DNA from: Candidatus Eiseniibacteriota bacterium
GTDB lineage: Bacteria > Eisenbacteria > RBG-16-71-46 > JABDJR01
Direction of reading: 5' to 3'
NCBI GenBank assembly: GCA_963728475.1
Contig: CAVSKL010000004.1
Coordinates: 529,103-593,102 of the forward strand
Length of the DNA: 64,000 bases
The notes under the pieces were generated by a model, which saw only the letters and a list, made by a program, of their open reading frames with translations, ran no database searches and was not told the origin of the DNA. This document shows, piece by piece, positions 61,601-64,000 of this stretch (positions are counted from its first letter, which is position 1; every line of letters begins with the position of its first letter). The position numbers and the translations under genes were made by a program.

Positions 61601-63307
61601 AAGGTCGCGGCGGTCGATTCCTCGGGGAATGAGAGCGGGCTCTCGGGGGTGGCCCAGGCCTCCACCAGCCTTCCCCCCGAGCCGGGTTTCCCCATGGCTC
61701 TGGCTCAGAGCACTTCCTCCTCCCCATGCCTGGCCTACATCGACGGGGACAAGAAGGCGGAGGTGGTCACCGGATCCAACGAGATCTACGTGGCCAAGGC
61801 GAACGGCGAGGAGCTCCTGGACGGGGATGAGGACAGCCGCACTTACGGGGTGTTTTCCAGAACCGGGGTCGGCCCCTACTGGGCGCCGCCCTCGGTGGCG
61901 GACATCGACCGGGACGGCGTCCCCGAGATCGTCGCCGCCGGCTTCTCCAGCGGACTCCTCTACGTGTGGAGCGCGCACGGCGGGGTGAAGCCGGGCTGGC
62001 CGCAGGCGCTCAACCTCGACAACAGCTCCTCGCCGGCGGTGTGGGGGGCGGCGGCGCTGGCCGACGTGGACGGCGACGGCAAGCTGGAGATCTTCGTCAA
62101 CGCCGGCCGCTACACCATGGCCTTCCACTCCGATGGGACGGAGCTGGTGGACGGGGACCGCGACCCCTCGACGAAGGGGGTGTTCCTGGTCATGAACGCC
62201 TCCGCCAACTACAGCACGCCGGCGGTCTCGGACCTGGACGGGGACGGCGAACCCGAGATCGTGGTCGCCTCCCGTGACGGAAAGATCTACGTGGCCCACG
62301 CGGACGGCAACGAGCTGCCGGGATTCCCCTACAACACCAACGGCGACATGACCGGATCCCCGGCCATCGGCGACCTGGACCGGGACGGTCTCAAGGAGAT
62401 CGTGGTCGGAACCGGGGCGCTCCAGGTGCAGGCCCTGAACATGAACGGCGTGCAGCCTCCCGGGTGGCCGCAGGCGGCCAACATGAACCAGGACTACGAC
62501 GCCTCCCCCGCGCTCGCCGACATGGACGGGGACGGGTTCCTGGACGTGATTCTGTGCGCCGGGAACGGCACCGTCTACATGTGGCACGGACAGAACGGGC
62601 AGCTCTTCCCCGGCTGGGGTTTCGTCATCCACGACGCCTCCGGGGCCAAGGTGCCGCTCACCAGCTCTCCCGCGATCGGAAACCTGGATGGGGATCCCGG
62701 CCTGGAGGTCTGCTTCGGAGGGAGCGACGGCAACGTGTACGGCTACAACGTCGACGCCACCCCGGTGGACGGGTTCCCCATCGGGACCGCCAACGGGATC
62801 GACGGCGGCCCGCTCCTCTGGGACATCGACGACGACGGCACCACCGAGGTGGTGGTGCATAGCCTCGACCAGAACCTCTACGCCTGGCGGTCTCCGGGGG
62901 CCTTCGATCCCGCCAATCAGCCCTGGCCCATGTTCCATCACGACTCCCGCCGGAGCGGCGCGATCGAGGTGCCGGCCTGGGAGGTCACCGGCGCCCCTCC
63001 GGGCGGGGTGGGCGCCACCCAGCTGGTGCTGACCCCGGTCTTCCCCAACCCGGCTTCCTCGCGGTCCACGGTGGCCTTCCGCATTCCCGAGAACGCGACG
63101 GCGGGGGAGGACGTGGATCTCACCCTGTTCGATGCCTCGGGGCGGCGGGTGCGCACCCTGGCCCGGGGCCGCTATCTACCCGGCGCCCACGAGGCGACCT
63201 GGGACGGGACCGGCGCCGACGGCCGCCGGGCGGCGGCGGGGGTCTACTTCTTCCGGCTGAAGGCGGGCAAGGAGCGGCTCACCCGGAAGCTGGTCCTCAT
63301 CCCCTGA
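58601..63307 (+). CDS. giant exported gingipain-like (peptidase C25) protein with FN3 domain, FG-GAP/VCBS repeat propeller and C-terminal FlgD-Ig/T9SS-like sorting domain
   Basis: 1568 aa with a signal peptide. C25 core: YLIITTDELAPDFQVLADWK...YVLLGGDTEVLPFRY...LYFMCLDGTWNSNGN, a catalytic-His context ILHVGHGY and a catalytic-Cys context IYAINCTSSSFD. FN3 segment APTGLTAQGG...YNVYRG...YYYKVAAVDSSGNES. At least seven D.DGDG..E FG-GAP motifs. C-terminal domain (about 63023-63307): ...FPNPASSRSTVAF...LFDASGRRVRTL...GVYFFRL...LVLIP. Confidence 0.85.
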   Translation: MRPSPRVMVIGLVASMALAATPRTPRAGFETSRLSRRYDPSRITLTSTAEGFHARWPGLTPLADPGRPALPVDRVTVRPPEGMRLAAVHAVLGDVRTLSAPGVPARYEPEGSPVPDVPTGAVFPAEAAELAGGGYLRGRRLDTVEIHPLRWRNGVLEAAAEVELELTYEADTDPGRLRPRPGTWESRDPFEAAAREAAVNGGAPDFPRLRPLVNGAEPFSPRFLPSDDGSPVRYLIITTDELAPDFQVLADWKTALGSPAVVRTLSWIYANYPRGVDHAEDLRNFIREAVQHWGVEYVLLGGDTEVLPFRYGKSYFHGGEFIPTDLYFMCLDGTWNSNGNDLFGEGYLNSSIPGDGADLYPDVWLGRAPVRNPSEASVFVRKVKDYETQAPLGPNFGETNLVLGEVFFPQNWSAGDTVIFDGAWVAETGISHMAGVSEYKMYENYTAYPGASPEYKTQVISRINSGYNLILHVGHGYRNTMSLGIDSGTLDNSDADQFVNGVRAGMIYAINCTSSSFDFDCIAEHLLRNPDGGVVASEGSSRLDFPATGWDYQDEFFHQVYEAGVTRMGQAVALQKLPFIPNSGKDSEHRWTQFSLNYMGDPDLDLYTGPVDTLHYVLNPPLELGVSSYTVTVTDSQGPVAGATVCLNKAGDSYGTALTDVSGIAAVDFRPDLPGTASLGLRAHDHRSRVDSLGVAAPAGPHLFADSLAVDDAAGGDGDGELAAGETAYLYPRISNQGSTAVTGVTVTVTGAPAGVTVLDSTASCGPVAPGASVPCADPIRIALDSSLPDESALGFTLHLTAGAYAVDDPLVLYSGAPGLKIAATAVRDTVGNGNGNGTIEANEDQHLRVYVRNLGLGASIGLTGALTSSDPAVQVTDGASGYGDVEPDSTSGGDGFGFRFTDSSLAHTFQFTLSDQRGTVLSRVLDLVAPGAPTGLTAQGGATDVQLRWTPVTGADLSGYNVYRGAAPAGPFVRVNAVPTGKVSYYRDEDLAQLTRYYYKVAAVDSSGNESGLSGVAQASTSLPPEPGFPMALAQSTSSSPCLAYIDGDKKAEVVTGSNEIYVAKANGEELLDGDEDSRTYGVFSRTGVGPYWAPPSVADIDRDGVPEIVAAGFSSGLLYVWSAHGGVKPGWPQALNLDNSSSPAVWGAAALADVDGDGKLEIFVNAGRYTMAFHSDGTELVDGDRDPSTKGVFLVMNASANYSTPAVSDLDGDGEPEIVVASRDGKIYVAHADGNELPGFPYNTNGDMTGSPAIGDLDRDGLKEIVVGTGALQVQALNMNGVQPPGWPQAANMNQDYDASPALADMDGDGFLDVILCAGNGTVYMWHGQNGQLFPGWGFVIHDASGAKVPLTSSPAIGNLDGDPGLEVCFGGSDGNVYGYNVDATPVDGFPIGTANGIDGGPLLWDIDDDGTTEVVVHSLDQNLYAWRSPGAFDPANQPWPMFHHDSRRSGAIEVPAWEVTGAPPGGVGATQLVLTPVFPNPASSRSTVAFRIPENATAGEDVDLTLFDASGRRVRTLARGRYLPGAHEATWDGTGADGRRAAAGVYFFRLKAGKERLTRKLVLIP

Positions 63308-63631
63308 TCCGCGCGGCGCTTCGACGCCGGGGGAGCCGGGACCGCGTCCGGTCGCGCGACGGGACTGGTCCGCGCGCGCCCGGACTGTTACGCTCCCATT
63401 TTGGCGGCGCCCCCCCCGGGGCGCCGGGAATCTCGCCACCCCCGGAGGACGCGCGCCCCGTTCGAAGTTGCTAGCCCGCCCTTGAGGAAGATCCCGGCCG
63501 TACCGGCGCCACTGCCGGGCTGTGCCGGGCCCGCCGGTCCACCTCCCCCGGGACCGGAGTCCATCACTCGAGAGGGAACCGCGGCCGGCGCGATCCGCCG
63601 GCCGGACGGCTCCGTGGACCGGATTCACGCC

Positions 63632-64000
63632 ATGTCCAATCGACGCCGGCTATCGATCCTGATCGCCCTTGCCGCTTTCCTCACGGGCGCGAGCGCGGCC
63701 TCGGCGGCCCCCTTGTCCCGGACCGTCGACCTCCGGGTCGATCCGGCCGGGATCACCTGGACGGGAGGCGCCGGCGGGCTCCACCTCGCCCTCGCCGCGG
63801 GGGCGCCGGCGGCGGTGGCGGGCGCCCCCGACCTTCCCGTGCTTCCGGTCACCGTGGTGCCGCCGGCGGGATATCGCCTGGTCGCGGCGTCGGTGCGCTC
63901 GTCCGACACGGTTCCGCTCCGGCTCCCCCGCGAGCTGGCGCGCTACGGCTCCCCGGGAGAGACCGCGGTCATGAGCACCGATCCCGCGGACTGGCCGCTG
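63632..64000 (+). CDS. second gingipain-like (C25 propeptide-like) exported protein, 5' fragment running off the window
   Basis: Absent from the track because there is no stop in the window. My translation from the ATG at 63632: MSNRRRLSILIALAAFLTGASAASAAPLSRTVDLRVDPAGITW...APDLPVLPVTVVPPAGYRLVAASVRSSDTVPLRLP. This parallels the N-terminus of the 58601 gene (RPALPVDRVTVRPPEGMRLAAVHAVLGDVRTLSAP). Confidence 0.5.
   Translation, partial: MSNRRRLSILIALAAFLTGASAASAAPLSRTVDLRVDPAGITWTGGAGGLHLALAAGAPAAVAGAPDLPVLPVTVVPPAGYRLVAASVRSSDTVPLRLPRELARYGSPGETAVMSTDPADWPL

Noticed and set aside
58694-62941. 1415-aa minus-strand ORF. Similar long ORFs: 45164-47947 (-), 28319-30232 (-), 52087-54027 (-), 52152-54410 (+), 20199-22778 (+), 32686-34791 (-), 32595-34586 (+), 14022-15446 (-)
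   Set aside because: All are antisense or out of frame to genes with clear family motifs (C25 protease, ExbB, PanE-like, UvrA, YdeP, TPR, ALDH). Their translations are dominated by R/G/P/A/H runs with no recognisable domains, as expected for stop-poor non-coding frames at about 70% GC.

Overview
Very GC-rich (about 70% by eye, not computed), densely coding bacterial chromosomal segment. I count about 52 protein-coding genes and recognised no rRNA, tRNA, CRISPR array, transposase or integrase. All functional calls come from reading motifs in the supplied translations and my own hand translations; no database search was run.

Layout:
- 1-12.3 kb: envelope glycan cluster. It holds a heparinase II/III-like gene (partial), asnB, a SAM methyltransferase, two membrane-anchored GT2 enzymes, an M28 peptidase, an amidohydrolase, and a small ORF + GMC-type FAD oxidoreductase + SDR trio.
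- 12.4-16.6 kb: ETF-ubiquinone oxidoreductase, aldehyde dehydrogenase and a stand-alone HNH nuclease.
- 16.7-23.8 kb: redox island with an exported heptaheme cytochrome c, a DsbA/FrnE-like oxidoreductase, and FdhD + a YdeP/FdhF-type molybdoenzyme + a tandem-YjbQ protein.
- 24-34.6 kb: mixed metabolism, an S8 protease and a TPR protein.
- 35-39.9 kb: eight translationally coupled genes (folB-folK-dNK-panB-panC-NTP transferase-HIT-LytR_C).
- 39.9-48.5 kb: a PpiD-like chaperone, two CNNM/CorC paralogues, a TPR + beta-barrel gene, and ExbB/ExbD.
- 48.5-52.1 kb: histidine kinase + sigma-54 activator, then a CheY-like receiver and a Lys/Ala-rich histone-H1-like protein.
- 52.2-56.4 kb: uvrA and rarA.
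- 56.6-64 kb: two exported unknowns, a 1568-aa gingipain-like C25 + FN3 + FG-GAP protein, and the start of a second paralogue.

Main observations:
- In the DsbA/FrnE-like gene, the first Cys of the CPWC active site is an in-frame TGA followed by a SECIS-like hairpin. This is a candidate selenoprotein that the ORF track truncates.
- The TPR + beta-barrel gene appears to be split by a frameshift.
- A palindromic site pair and a sigma-54 promoter lie upstream of the receiver / H1-like gene pair.
- Four exported enzymes share one C-terminal FlgD-Ig/T9SS-type sorting domain.
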